A stretch of 56,734 nt of DNA, filler included, from Ionaspis alba (Eukaryota): assembly GCA_964255285.1 (NCBI GenBank). It is 5 parts of 5 records of this genome, joined end to end, with 100 filler letters (N's around TTAATTAATTAA, not from the genome) between each part and the next. Parts side by side here need not be neighbours in the genome. Positions count along the whole stretch, not along the records: positions 1 to 11,305 come from CAXUUL010000560.1; positions 11,406 to 22,695 come from CAXUUL010000561.1; 3 more parts are not named here. One strand, given 5' to 3'. Shown one piece after another: positions 1-14,500 of this stretch (position 1 is its first letter; each line of letters starts with the position of its first letter). Made by a program: the position numbers and the translations under genes. The notes below the pieces were generated by a model. The model made no database searches. It was given only the letters and a program-made list of their open reading frames with translations, and was not told where the DNA came from.

Positions 1-52
<52 letters not shown>

Positions 53-61
53 CGCCCCCCC
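1..61. repeat. Poly-C tract at the window start, probably a sequencing/contig-end artefact
   Basis: About 50 consecutive C followed by further C runs. Confidence 0.8.
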
Positions 62-450
62 AAGAGGGGGGCCTTTGGGCTCATTAGCGTCGGGTCCTCG
101 GAGCGATATTTTGGTGTTTCGGATCGGGATATCCATATTCCGCAATCCTCAAGCTCACATGCGCACAAGCTGGAAACTCAGGATAAGTTTGTACTGACAT
201 TGGAGAACGAATGCCCATGTACTGCCGCCAGAATCATGGTCCAGCAAGACACGTTACCGTTCAGATGTAAGCTGTCCGTTCCGGTGTATGATTGTTGATC
301 CTAAAGCTGGCGACAGCCGGCAAACTCTGATAACCACCAAGTCCTTGAGCCTGCTCAGCATATCCAGATCAAAACGATCTCAATGCTTGCAGATGACGTG
401 TGGACATTCAAATCCATCCACAATCAATAAGTATGTTGTCAAGTGCATGC

Positions 451-1414
451 CTACGGTTTGCCTCCTTCGTTCAACATCCTCACAAACCCGTGAAATGACT
501 CCTGCCGCTTGGTCTCAAAGTCATCAAATGCCTTCTGAGCCATACCAATGGCTACCTGCTCGCGACCTGCCGCCAGACCCGCATATGCCTCATCAGTGAA
601 GGTGTCCAATGGCATGCCGATCGAACGACCGTTCTTTATGTCCGGCTGATGCTTCTCATCGTGCAGCTCCGCTTTCGTTCTTTAGCCTAGCACAACAATC
701 ACAACAAGGATCACATACTCTGTACAGCTGGCGGGAAGAGCTCGATAATCTTCACTTTGGAGTTCTTCAATTGTTCTCGGAGGCAGAGAATGAAATGATG
801 CAATGCCGCCTTGCTTGCAGAATAATTCGAGCATCGTACCAGAGGAATTAGGGCCAATGCCGAAGTTGTGCTGTACAATCCAGTCAACGCATTCATATTG
901 TCGGATATATAGATTGGCCTCACTCACTAGATGATTGAAGACTCCTCGTTCTTGTTCTGAAGAAAAGGCAGGAACGCTTTCGTCAAGGCCAGATAGCTCA
1001 AATAATTTGTGACGAATTCCAGTTGGACGACGTCAAGATCAACGCTCTCTGGTCTGGAAAAGTCAAGGCCGCGTTGGATTCCCGAGTTCAGAAATACGCA
1101 GTCGATGTCCGGGAACGTAGTGGTGACGCTAAGAATCATGAGTGTATGCCTGATATGATTTGTTGACCCCAGAGCGGCTCTGTTTTTCCAACCTACTTGG
1201 TAACAAAATTTGGAATTTTGGTCATCTCCGTGATGTCGAATGGCACGGCCGTGGCGTTCTCCTTACCATGAATATGTACAAAGCTCTCGAGATTCTCCTT
1301 CCTCCGACCCACCACGATAACCTTTGACCCTTCTTTCACGAATCTTGCGGCTAGAGCCTCACCGATCCCCGAGGTCGCACCAATGACTAAAATCCTCTTA
1401 TACTGAAAAGGCAT
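451..1414 (-). CDS. Short-chain dehydrogenase/reductase (DltE-like), 4 exons
   Basis: Rossmann GATSGIG, NSG and catalytic YSASK motifs. Exons 1414-1197, 1128-928, 870-719 and 671-451 join in frame over GT-AG introns; ends ...EGGKP-TAG. Confidence 0.9.
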
Positions 1415-2074
1415 CTTGACCTTCTATTGCGGAACCCCAATATCGCGAAAAATTGATGGAACAGGGCAACAGGCACAATAGAGCGCAGAATGAAGAGCAG
1501 AGAAGAGAGGGTTGGATGTTTCGTGGGTCCTAAGGACGACGTTCTTGGTATTCCGAGCCGGAAAGTCTATACAAGGTGGGATGATTAGACTCAGGAAGCT
1601 CAGCATTCCTTTTCCAAGACGGAAAGAATATACAAGGTGAAATAATCAGAGCCAGCCGTTCACTAATCCTCAGGCCGAAATGTTTGATTTATAATGGACA
1701 CAGTGCATCGGGCCGCAAAGGAAGAAGTTTCAGTGATGTAGCCATATACGTCACGGCCTCGGATTTAATGTTTATTTCCGCAGTTACCCTTTGTTTCCAC
1801 ACACAGAGCTTTACATTGGGCGAAGCAGGGGGCCCAGTACTAAATTAGACCTCGCATCCACGTCCGGCAAGAAAATGACCCACCGGAGCACCTCGTTATA
1901 AAGCTCTAACATCCGAGAACGCCGCGAAACAGCAAACGCACCTAGAAAATTCCATTCACTATTTTGCCTCCGATGGTTGCTCCTGCACCGAAGATAGCTG
2001 TACACAACAACGTCAGCCTCGCTGCAGTAGACCCCACTCCTTTCTATGCTCCAGTTACACGATTGACAGTCAAG

Positions 2075-2915
2075 CTAGAATATGCTGTTGACAATGTTTC
2101 CTCCAATGGTAGCTCCCGCTCCAAAGATCGCTACGACAGTCAGACAACCCTGGAATACAATAGGGTGATAGACTCGAAGCTGAAAAACGAACGACTGCAC
2201 GTACCTGCGTTTCCTAGCTTCTTGCCGAATTTCTTGCCATTCCCATTTGCATCAAACTTGCTGCCGGCTGCTTCTCCACTGCCACCACTCTGGCTGACAG
2301 CCAATGGCATGTTACCGTAATTATTGGCGCTCTCTTGCTGTGTCGGTGCGGGCATCCCCGTGATTGGCTGGTTTCTCTCCTCGATGATGTTCACATAACT
2401 TCGTGGAAAGATCCCTTCCTGCTTTGTGCGCTCATTTCGTCCCTTGGCCCAGTCCGCGTTCATGTATTCTGTGATCTGAATCCTATCGTTTGGCAGCAGG
2501 GCGAGATCACCTTCGTCCGTTGGATTATAAGCATACAGGGCGGATGCCATCGCGAGCGAAGGCGACGCATGAGGCGTATAGGTCGGTGGAGGAGGTACTG
2601 GGTATGGTGCTGGATTCGGACTAGGCGTGACGCTGTTTGTATATGGATTCGTCTGTTTCTCGGAGAGGGTGGTAGACGCGAGAGCGGCTGTTGGTGGAGC
2701 AGGAGAAGCTGCGGCATTTACTACATTCGTTGATGAAGGCGATGGCAATAAAGCAAGGATAGCTGATAGATCGGAAGGGTTGATGAGTGAGCAGTCGGCC
2801 AGAAATTCAAGTTCCTAATGGAAGGTGTTAATTAGAAGACAATACATAAGATGTCACAACGTCTCACAGCCTTGATGGTCCGAATTGAACGATTAGTGAT
2901 GGCGTTGCTAGACAT
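2075..2915 (-). CDS. SH3-domain protein, PIN3/LSB1 family, 3 exons
   Basis: Exons 2915-2868, 2814-2205 and 2130-2075. PPPTY motif, SH3 (ALYAY..DL..W..GIFPRSYV) and family-typical C-terminus KKFGKKLGNAAIFGAGATIGGNIVNSIF*. Confidence 0.88.
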
Positions 2916-3570
2916 GCTAGCCACACTTTCTTTGGGTGTTGGGAGCAAGTTTGGTCAAAGACACAAAGAGTAGTGACGGATATTCCAAGGGATTGCACAA
3001 TGTCTGGGAGACGACCTGCTGGCGTTGAACGTAGTACGAGTAAATTCGTCGTCCCTGAGGCGCAGCCGAGGAGCCCGACAACCACAGCAGCCTGCAGACG
3101 CCCCACGCTAGAGCCTTACTTAGCACACGCCTCACGTGCTTTTCAAACTCTAAACTCAGTTCCACAGGTGCCCGACGGGGCACGGTGACGTAGTATAGGT
3201 GGGGTAAGGAAAGAGGACACCCCTGACCCTGAATCGAAGGGAGCTTCCTCGTTGAGCAAGTTCCCCATTGTTCAATTCGTACTGAGGCGGCAGGATGACC
3301 AAGGGCTACTGCATATACTATTGCTGGAGAACGATGCCGTCCTATACCCTTGTCGGGCCACGTTGTGCGGCCTCGATGAAGACGGAGAGTGGCCACTTCG
3401 GATTTTCCTCACGAATTTCCCCACAATACCTCCAAGCATATAAGGACAATTTGCAATCCAGCCCTTGCCTCAGCAACCGAACACACTTGATCACGCATTT
3501 TATCAGGTCTGGTCTTCTGCTCCGTTGAAACATCCAGTCATTCCGTTCTCTAGCCAAGGTCGAAATAACA

Positions 3571-4824
3571 ATGTCCGAGGAGAATTTGCCGAAGATGGAG
3601 TACCGTTTCCTCGGCCGCTCGGGTCTTCAAGTCTCGGTCATCTCCCTCGGAGGATGGGTAACCTACGGAGGACATGTAGGGGATGGTAGGCAGCTGATCG
3701 ACAAGAGATGTGCCCATATTGTTGCTGACCAGAGTGACAGAGGCCGCCCATTCGTGCATGAAAGCAGCCTATGATGCTGGTATAAATTTCTTCGACTGTG
3801 CAGAAGCATATGCACAGGGAAAGTCAGAAGTCGTCATTGGAGAAGCTATCAAGAAGTTTGGGTACGGCTGCTGCCTCCATTACCAAGCATCAATATTAAG
3901 ATCGCTGGCAGCTGGAAACGGAACGATTATGTGATTTCAACAAAAATCAACTGGGGAGGAGCCTTCGGCGACAACCCCGTCAACAACTATGGGCTTTCAA
4001 GAAAACACATCATTGAAGGGACCAATGCAGCTCTAAAGCGTTTGGGCCTCGACTATGGTAATTACGTACGACGTCTTCGATGGGAAAGTATGCTGATGTT
4101 CGGTAGTTGATTTAATCTACGCCCACCGACCCGATCGCAACACTCCCATTGAGGAAACTGTCCGCGCGTTCAACTACCTGATCGATCAGGGCAAGGCTTT
4201 CTACTGGGGCACGTCCGAGTGGAACGCCGACGAGATCGCCACAGCATGGCGATACGCAGACAAGTTGAACATGGTCGGTCCGCTAATGGAGCAACCACAG
4301 TACAATATGCTCGCACGAACCCGTGTTGAGAAGGATTATGTCTCTCTCTTCGAGTACTACGGCACGGGATTGACAATTTTCAGTCCGTTGAAGATGGGTA
4401 TACTTACTGGCAAATACAACGAGGGGATCCCGGAAGATAGCCGGTTAGCGACGGCCAAGGATGCCTACTCCACAATGATGGCCAAAAAGTTCGGAGATGA
4501 GAATTGGAGGAAGGACATCGAGCAGGTCAAGAAGCTAAAGGTAATTCGCTTTTCGCTAGTTCATCGTGAATGTGATTGTAGCTGACTCTCACGCCCCAGC
4601 CGATTGCGGACAAGCTAGGCTGCGACACTGCTGCTCTGGCAATGGCCTGGGTAATCAAGAACCCCCATGTTTCGAGTGCAATTACGGGTGCCTCCAAGGT
4701 CGAGCAGGTCCACAAAAGCGTGAAATCTCTGGAAGTCGTGCCGAAACTGACGGATGAGATTATGAAGGAAATTGATGACATTTTAGAGAACAAGCCTGAG
4801 CCACTCACGAGAAGATTCAACTAG
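3571..4824 (+). CDS. Aldo-keto reductase, voltage-gated K+ channel beta-subunit-like, 5 exons
   Basis: [52 protein letters not shown] and FSPL motifs. Four canonical introns restore the frame; TAG at 4822-4824. Confidence 0.92.
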
Positions 4825-4914
4825 AAGATTGCGATCCGAATCCGAGGAAAGATTAGGAGCATAAAAATGTTGGTATCACTCTTCAGACGTAAACTCTGGT
4901 TTTCCTATCTTGCC

Positions 4915-6061
4915 TTACCTGTCCTCTTTTACGCCGTCGACGTAGATATCGACCTTCTCATTGTAGAAGCAGAGCTAGCAGACGCCGTTACCAATCTATG
5001 ACATTGTGCATATAAGATGGTGGTGCACATACCAGGCCTGCAATAGGCAAGCTTTCGGGAGCAGGATATTTGTAGTACCAGATTGCGTCTTTGATCTCCT
5101 TGCCTTGGACAGTCACATTGTAGTAGCTAGAATATATTTAGCCAGCCTTCTCGGACCTTCCCATCGGATGCTCGGGGTTTTACTTTGCGTCGCCTTTGTA
5201 TGGGCAGCTGGATATGGTATCACTCGGCGTCAAAACAGTTTGATTGACCTGCGAGTGTGTTAATTCAAGGAAGATGAGAGCATGCCGGCACATCCCCAAA
5301 GATCCCCCTCCCGGGACGGCACCATTTGATCAGTGCCTAAGACCAAGGCACGCTGTCGTATATCACAATCTCTCCAGCATTTCCCGCAGAATATGGAGTA
5401 GGAGAAACAAATCACTCACACATGTGGCAGGCAGATAATATCTCGTTCTCAAGCTTGTCTCGAACAGGAGAGTCGGCCCTGTTGTCTCTGCCACAGTGAC
5501 GCCTTCAATTGCGACTTTGATATGTCGACTGGAGCGGCGAATATCTACTCGCTTGTACGGATCCTTGGGATGCACATAGATCGGCTCGTCCTCTTCGAAC
5601 CACCCATCCATGGCGCTGAAATCGAAACGGACAAGATCTTTCAGATCTTTGGATGAGAAGATCAAAACATTCTCCACGGATACATTGCCGATGCTAGCAG
5701 TAGCAATGGTATAGCCTTCATGCTTCGACGAGGTCTTGAGAGATGCATAGGTAATAGCAGATTGGGGAACATAGTATCTTTCAGCGTTTATCAGAGCGAA
5801 TGCTACCGCTGGAACAACAGGAAGCAAGCATACACAGGATAATAGGGGTGCTCCCAAACGAGTTTTGCGTGGATGGTGTCCACAATGTAGTGCTGATTGT
5901 GTAGGATACGGACTCTTTTGGGGGCATCCTCGAGTTTGTGAGGGCCATTGAGAACGAGGCCTTCGGCAATCTTCTCAAACCTAGATGGTCAAAGAAACAG
6001 GTTAGGATTTTGATTCTCAATCCCATATTGGGGAGCAGCCTCCGTACTTTCCCTTCGACAT
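4915..6061 (-). CDS. DUF427 (tandem) domain protein, multi-exon
   Basis: Spliced model MSKGKFEKIAEG..KRVR..LVWEHPYYP..WFEEDE..HPKDPYKRVD..RYYLP..CPYKG..WYY..LCFYNEKVDIYVDG..DR*. Confidence 0.85.
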
Positions 6062-7031
6062 TGCGGACACCTTCTTACCCGTTTTATCAGATAGCAACCT
6101 CTGAATATAGTCGAAGGGTTGATAGAATTCAAAATCGACTCATCTACAGCTCTCACGGAGAGAAAAGCCGCAGCACCTTCGGCACGAAAAAGCTATAGTA
6201 CATAGAATGCGCTGCAACGGCTCAGCTGCGGGGTTTCCGGCATCTCGAGGTGATTACTGAGCGAGCTACTTCGTAACCATCTAGAGATCCTTGATCCAAG
6301 ACAGAAACATGCATTATGTACTCCCCAATGCGCCGTGTCTCGATGAGCCGGTAGGCAACGGATCTTCCATCAGCCCTGGGCTGTGTGCTCGCTGTCAGTG
6401 ATGCTGTAATGATGAAAGTGAGTCTAGCGAGCACATTCAGGGATCACAGCCTTGAACCCGGGATAAGATAGGGACACGGGCCCGTACACAGTGGGAAGTC
6501 TGTGAGGGAACGCTAGAAAACGAATCATTGGATGCCCTACAATGACAATCAAGGGGCCAATAAAATCCTCCTCCACCCGCTATTCATGAGCCTACCAATA
6601 CACAGGACAGAAAGTCCTTACGATTGGTGTTGCATGCTTGCGACACAAGTGATTATTCGAAGGTTTTTGCAATTGAGGTGATGAACCGAGAGCCTCATAG
6701 CTTCAAGCATTATTAGTGTGCTAAGCACGCTTTCTCCATCGAGCAAATTCCATTGAACCTCTGCCCTTGCATTGCCCCAACGAACCCACCTCAATTATTG
6801 CGCCTTTGGCCGTCTCGACGCAAGAGGAGTCGCAATAGTATACTACCAAAGTCTCTCTTGAACTGAGGCTCGTTCTTAAAAAGGCTCCTGGTTCCTAGAT
6901 GTGCAACCAAATCCAAATAGTGCCTTCTTCATACGTCTGGTGTTCAACAAGTCACTGGCTCTGTCAAAAGTTGAAAACACATTAGCAATCTTTGTCCACC
7001 TCTTTCAAACAAGAAGTATACTCTATCCGAG

Positions 7032-7239
7032 GTAAGGGTTGTTTTCTGCTTTCTGCGACTTATCGCGATAACTTCCGATCTTATGGTGCTATATCTAATC
7101 CCAAATTTTGCTTACAAAATGGCTGATTGTATTACCGACCCCCAACCCTACCCGAGCCTCCGTGCCATAGATAGAGTCATACCTCTGTCAATTTCTCTTG
7201 CATGCCGTTCTATGTTTTATTACCTTACTGACTTGAAAG
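7032..7239 (+). promoter_or_regulatory. Putative 5'-UTR intron of SNF1 containing upstream ATGs
   Basis: GAG|GTAAGG donor at 7032, TACTGAC branch site and AAG acceptor at 7239, 51 nt before the SNF1 ATG. Confidence 0.6.
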
Positions 7240-7290
7240 TTCGAAAGAGTACGGATCCTCCTGGGCGTACTCACGTGATCCAGATTGAGC

Positions 7291-10300
<3,010 letters not shown>

Positions 10301-10886
10301 GGCTCCATTGATCACGGTGCTGCTGCCAATGGTTGAACCAGTCTTGGCCTTGGCTACGACCTGTGAGGAACGTGCAAAGATCGAGAAGGAAGTACGGTGA
10401 GAGGAGCTGGTTTCGCCATACTGGCATGTCTGACGCAGGGAGCGAAGGTGCTGAGGGGAGGTGGAGCATGTATAGCCGTTACAGACGCTTGCTGAGTCTC
10501 GGGATCTCTGCATTCGTCTGGGTTCCTAGCCCTGCTCTGGATGGTCTTAGTTTGTTATTGCCATAGCGGTCATTGATATCCTCAAAGCAACCACTTGGAT
10601 TCCAGAAATTCATGCGGCAGCATCATTCACGTACGCATTGAGATGTGTGCGCGAACATGAAAAAGAGCGTCACACAGAGTATTATGTTTGGTCCAACGGA
10701 ATCAGCTGTAGCCAACAGAGATCTCCTCACAAGTTGTTTGATTCGCGAGTCGTTTCGTTGGCATCGTTCTCTAATCTGCCAATCCAGCAAAATGGGTGTC
10801 TCAACAATGCACGTAACTTTTCGCCGAGATACCAAATTCCTGCTCCGGTTCTCCACAGTATGGCATAATCCAGTTTCTCCGAACAT

Positions 10887-11258
10887 TCAGGTCCTTCCCT
10901 TCTTCCACGCTTGTTGAGCGGCACTCGGAAGCGGCCGATAGAAATTAGCCTTGCTCGTATTTGCCGCACCTTTCTTCATCTTCTTGCCCTTCTTGCCGGG
11001 TGGTTTGCCGATCGGCAGTGGCGGCTGCTGCTGAGTCTGTACTGGTGGCGGAGGGCTATCTCCTCCGCCATCATAGCCCCTGTATCTGACGTCCCTATCC
11101 ATATAAGTTTCGTCCATTGGAAAGCGCTTGTCGTCTCGCTGGTCATACCGTGTTCGGACCCGTGAGCGAGAACGTCGACGTGGTTGGGGCTGGTAGTGGT
11201 CGGGCTGGGTTCTGCCCTGACTATGGTCGCCGGAGGTGTAAGGTACTGGGCGAGACAT
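10887..11258 (-). CDS. Hypothetical 123-aa Arg/Pro/Lys-rich protein
   Basis: Single ATG-initiated ORF with protein-like low complexity (RRRSRSR, PPPP, KKGKKMKK). No recognised family; lies next to a gap. Confidence 0.45.
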   Translation of the reverse strand: MSRPVPYTSGDHSQGRTQPDHYQPQPRRRSRSRVRTRYDQRDDKRFPMDETYMDRDVRYRGYDGGGDSPPPPVQTQQQPPLPIGKPPGKKGKKMKKGAANTSKANFYRPLPSAAQQAWKKGRT

Positions 11259-11305
11259 GTGGTAAGTTTCTGTACGGGAAGGGACAGTATCGAGAGCTCT
11301 GAAAG

Positions 11306-11405
11306 NNNNNNNNNNNNNNNNNNNNNNNNNNNNNNNNNNNNNNNNNNNNTTAATTAATTAANNNNNNNNNNNNNNNNNNNNNNNNNNNNNNNNNNNNNNN
11401 NNNNN
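11306..11405. other. Assembly gap with artificial TTAATTAATTAA six-frame-stop linker
   Basis: 44 N + TTAATTAATTAA + 44 N. Confidence 0.95.
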
Positions 11406-11529
11406 CGCCAATGCTCCCTTCCCATAGAAGCAGAGATGCATGCCCTTTCCACCTCACCACATACCACTACAATCCTTGCTGTCCCATAATGTACAAGTGC
11501 TCCTCTCTGGTCCTCACTTCGCGCCTCCT

Positions 11530-14500
11530 CTACCTCACCCTCCGAACCCGGTGCTCACTACCCTTCTTTGCCTTTTTCTTCCTCTCCGCCACCCCCACGA
11601 CCGGCACATCTCTCATCTCCCACTCCCAGAATTCAACCAAATAATGATCAACGCCCACGCCCTCCTTCTCCGCAAAAACAGTCGCACTCATCTCCGTCCT
11701 TGGTACCACCGCCTCGGCATGCAACATTTCCTCTGCCGCCCAACTTGCCATCGGCTTGCCCTTCCTTAGCCCATCCAGCGCATCAACAGGGACAGCCAAG
11801 CCCGTCGCCCCACCACCTCCAGGCGTCATCTGGCCTGTCCCTGGCGTCTTCGGCGTGCCGACACCTCCACTGGCCGTCTTCTCATCGAAATCCGCATCAT
11901 CCGTATGCACCATCTCCTTCTCCGCATTCTTCGCCGCATCAATATCCTCCTTATCCTCCGCCTGTTCGAAGATCTTGCCTGCCAGCTTCCCATTGCTGTT
12001 CCCAGCCCCAAGAACACGGTCCATGGCCGCGCTAGCTTCGGCATCGCCTTCGTGCATCGCGACGTCATCGTCGAGAACGTCCTTGGAGATAGGTTTCGTG
12101 AAGTAGTCGGTTGTGAAGTCGCCTTCTTGGATGACGACGTCATCGAGCATGCGTTTCTGGTTGGCTTTGCGTAGGATGTTGGCTTCGATTGTGTATTCGC
12201 TGACGAAGCGGTAGATATGTACGTCGCGGGTTTGGCCGATACGATGGCAGCGGTCTTGGCATTGTTTGTCCATTGCAGGGTTCCAGTCCAGGTCATAGAA
12301 GATGACGGTGTCCGCACCTGTCAGATTTATGCCAAGGCCGCCAGAGCGAGAGGAGAGGATGAAGACGGGGATGCGGGAGTCGTTGTTGAAGCGCTCCGTG
12401 AGGATTTGGCGCTGTTCGATCTTTGTGGCGCCGTCGAGGCGTAGATAGCGGTGACCGTGGATGTTGAGAAATTGCTCGAGGATGTCGAGGACCTTTGTCA
12501 TTTGGGTGAAGATGAGAGCACGATGGCCGCCGGCTTGGAGAGTGCGTAGGAGCGCGTCGAGGCGTTGGAGTTTGCCGCAGTCGTATTGGAGGAGACGTTT
12601 ATCAGGGAAGGCTATGGAAAGTCGCATACGGGCTTCATGGAAAGAATCACCAGACGCTATCTGCTGGGCTTGTCGAATTTGCTTGATACCAGGTTCTGTG
12701 AGAGCCAGGGCGTTCAAGTCAGAGGCGACAACAGTTGGCGTGATGCACCCAAATCGCTGGATGAAGGGTTGCATAGCATCGGAACGACGTGGCAGAGTTA
12801 AGACCATTTCTTCCATTGCTGGGGAGATGCTAGTGAACCAGTTGGAAAGATGTGATCTGCGCTTCGGCCTTGGCTGGAACGGTAGCCTCAGAAGATTCAT
12901 GTCCAGACGCTCCATAAGAGTATAACTAAATAGTGGTCGGCGCTGGCTCCTCAGACTTGTCAGGTAGGCACAATGACGAAGATGGTCGAGAGCTGAGCTG
13001 CGAGCATTATTCTCCATGTAGGCAAGAGTCTTGTCAACCGAACTGCCATTATATGGCATATTAGGAACTACACGTCCGTATTGCTCGTTGGCTAGCTGTC
13101 TCAATCTCCCCAACGCGCCAAGCCTGCAGTTCTGAATAGTCTCGAGTGCTGATATAGGACCATTTGCTCCAGGAAGTAGATTTACGACTTCGAGATCGAC
13201 CTTCCTCATATCGTCCACGTGAAGAAGGCGTCTTCGCACGAGTAGTTCCTTGATTTCGTAATCAGCGACAGCAGACTTTGGCATGGCGAATGAAGTGACA
13301 ATCTGTCTTGTCTCGAATAGATCCGGGTGGTTGCACACTTTGCGAAGTTGCATCAAGCAGTTGATAATGGAGAGGTAGTTGCCGTGAGCGAGGGTCTCTC
13401 GGGTCTGTGAACGAGACATGAAACCGTCGTATAGATACCGTTGGCGCTTGGACAATTTGCAATAGACTACATGCTCGTACTTTCCAGGCATTTGTTTCTC
13501 AACATCTGCCTTCAGTCGTCGGAGCAGGTATGGCCTCAAGACACCATGTAGTCGTTTGACAGTCTCCCTGGACTCATCGTCCATGACTTCTCTGCCTTGT
13601 TCTAGGATCTGGTCCACAGGCTTCTTGAACCAGTTTGCGAAAGTTTCTCGATCCGCAAACCCAGCTATACCAGTCTCGGTGCTGTCGGAGGGCATGAGAA
13701 AGAATAGCAAAGACCAAAGCTCTTGGAGATTGTTCTGTAGCGGCGTTCCAGTAAGAAGGAGTCGTGCCCGTGTCCTAAAGGTAAGAAGAGCTTGCCAACG
13801 TTGAGATCGAAAATTCTTGATATTGTGTGCCTCATCCAGGACAAGATAATGCCAAGCTCTCCTCTTGAAAGTCTGTTGATCCTGAAGTACGAGCTGATAG
13901 GATGTGATACAGACGTGCCACTTGTCATTGTCGAGCCATCCCTTGCGTTTCTGCTTCCTTTCTTCTTGGGTCCCGTAGTATGTCAGGATCTTGAAGCCAG
14001 GGAGAAACTTCTTGAATTCCATCTCCCAATTGAGCATGACACTTGTTGGCACAACAATCAGATGAGGGCCCCAAACTTGATGTTCCTCTGCGAGATGTGC
14101 GAGCAAAGCAATTGTCTGGATCGTTTTCCCCAGCCCCATCTCGTCCGCAAGAATGCCATTTGTACCGTTAGCATAGAGTCCAGCAAGCCAGTCGAGCCCA
14201 TAGTGCTGGTACTCTCGCAGGGTAGCTCGGAGTAATGACGGAATTTGCGTCTTCAACGGCTTGGAAGATACTGGAGTTGCTGGCAGCGATTGTGTGTCCG
14301 TGTCCCGGTCCTGGTTAAGGTCCGTCAGATTAGCAAGTGGGGATGGTTTGTGGACTGAAGCTGTGCTATCTATGGCGACGACATCTGAGCTTACAGCGGT
14401 GGTTGAAGGCGTGGAGTGGGATACATCAAGCTCTTTGCTCTCTTTCCGAGCCTCGATGGAGGGTGCCTCGCTACTGCTTGCTGCGGGAGTCGGGACCTGC

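Noticed and set aside
1..70. Poly-C/G tract as a telomere or G-quadruplex element
   Set aside because: No CCCTAA repeats; a homopolymer at a contig edge is a typical sequencing artefact.
11350..11361. Recurrent palindrome TTAATTAATTAA as a mobile-element target or regulatory repeat
   Set aside because: It is always centred in N-runs, so it is an artificial scaffolding spacer.
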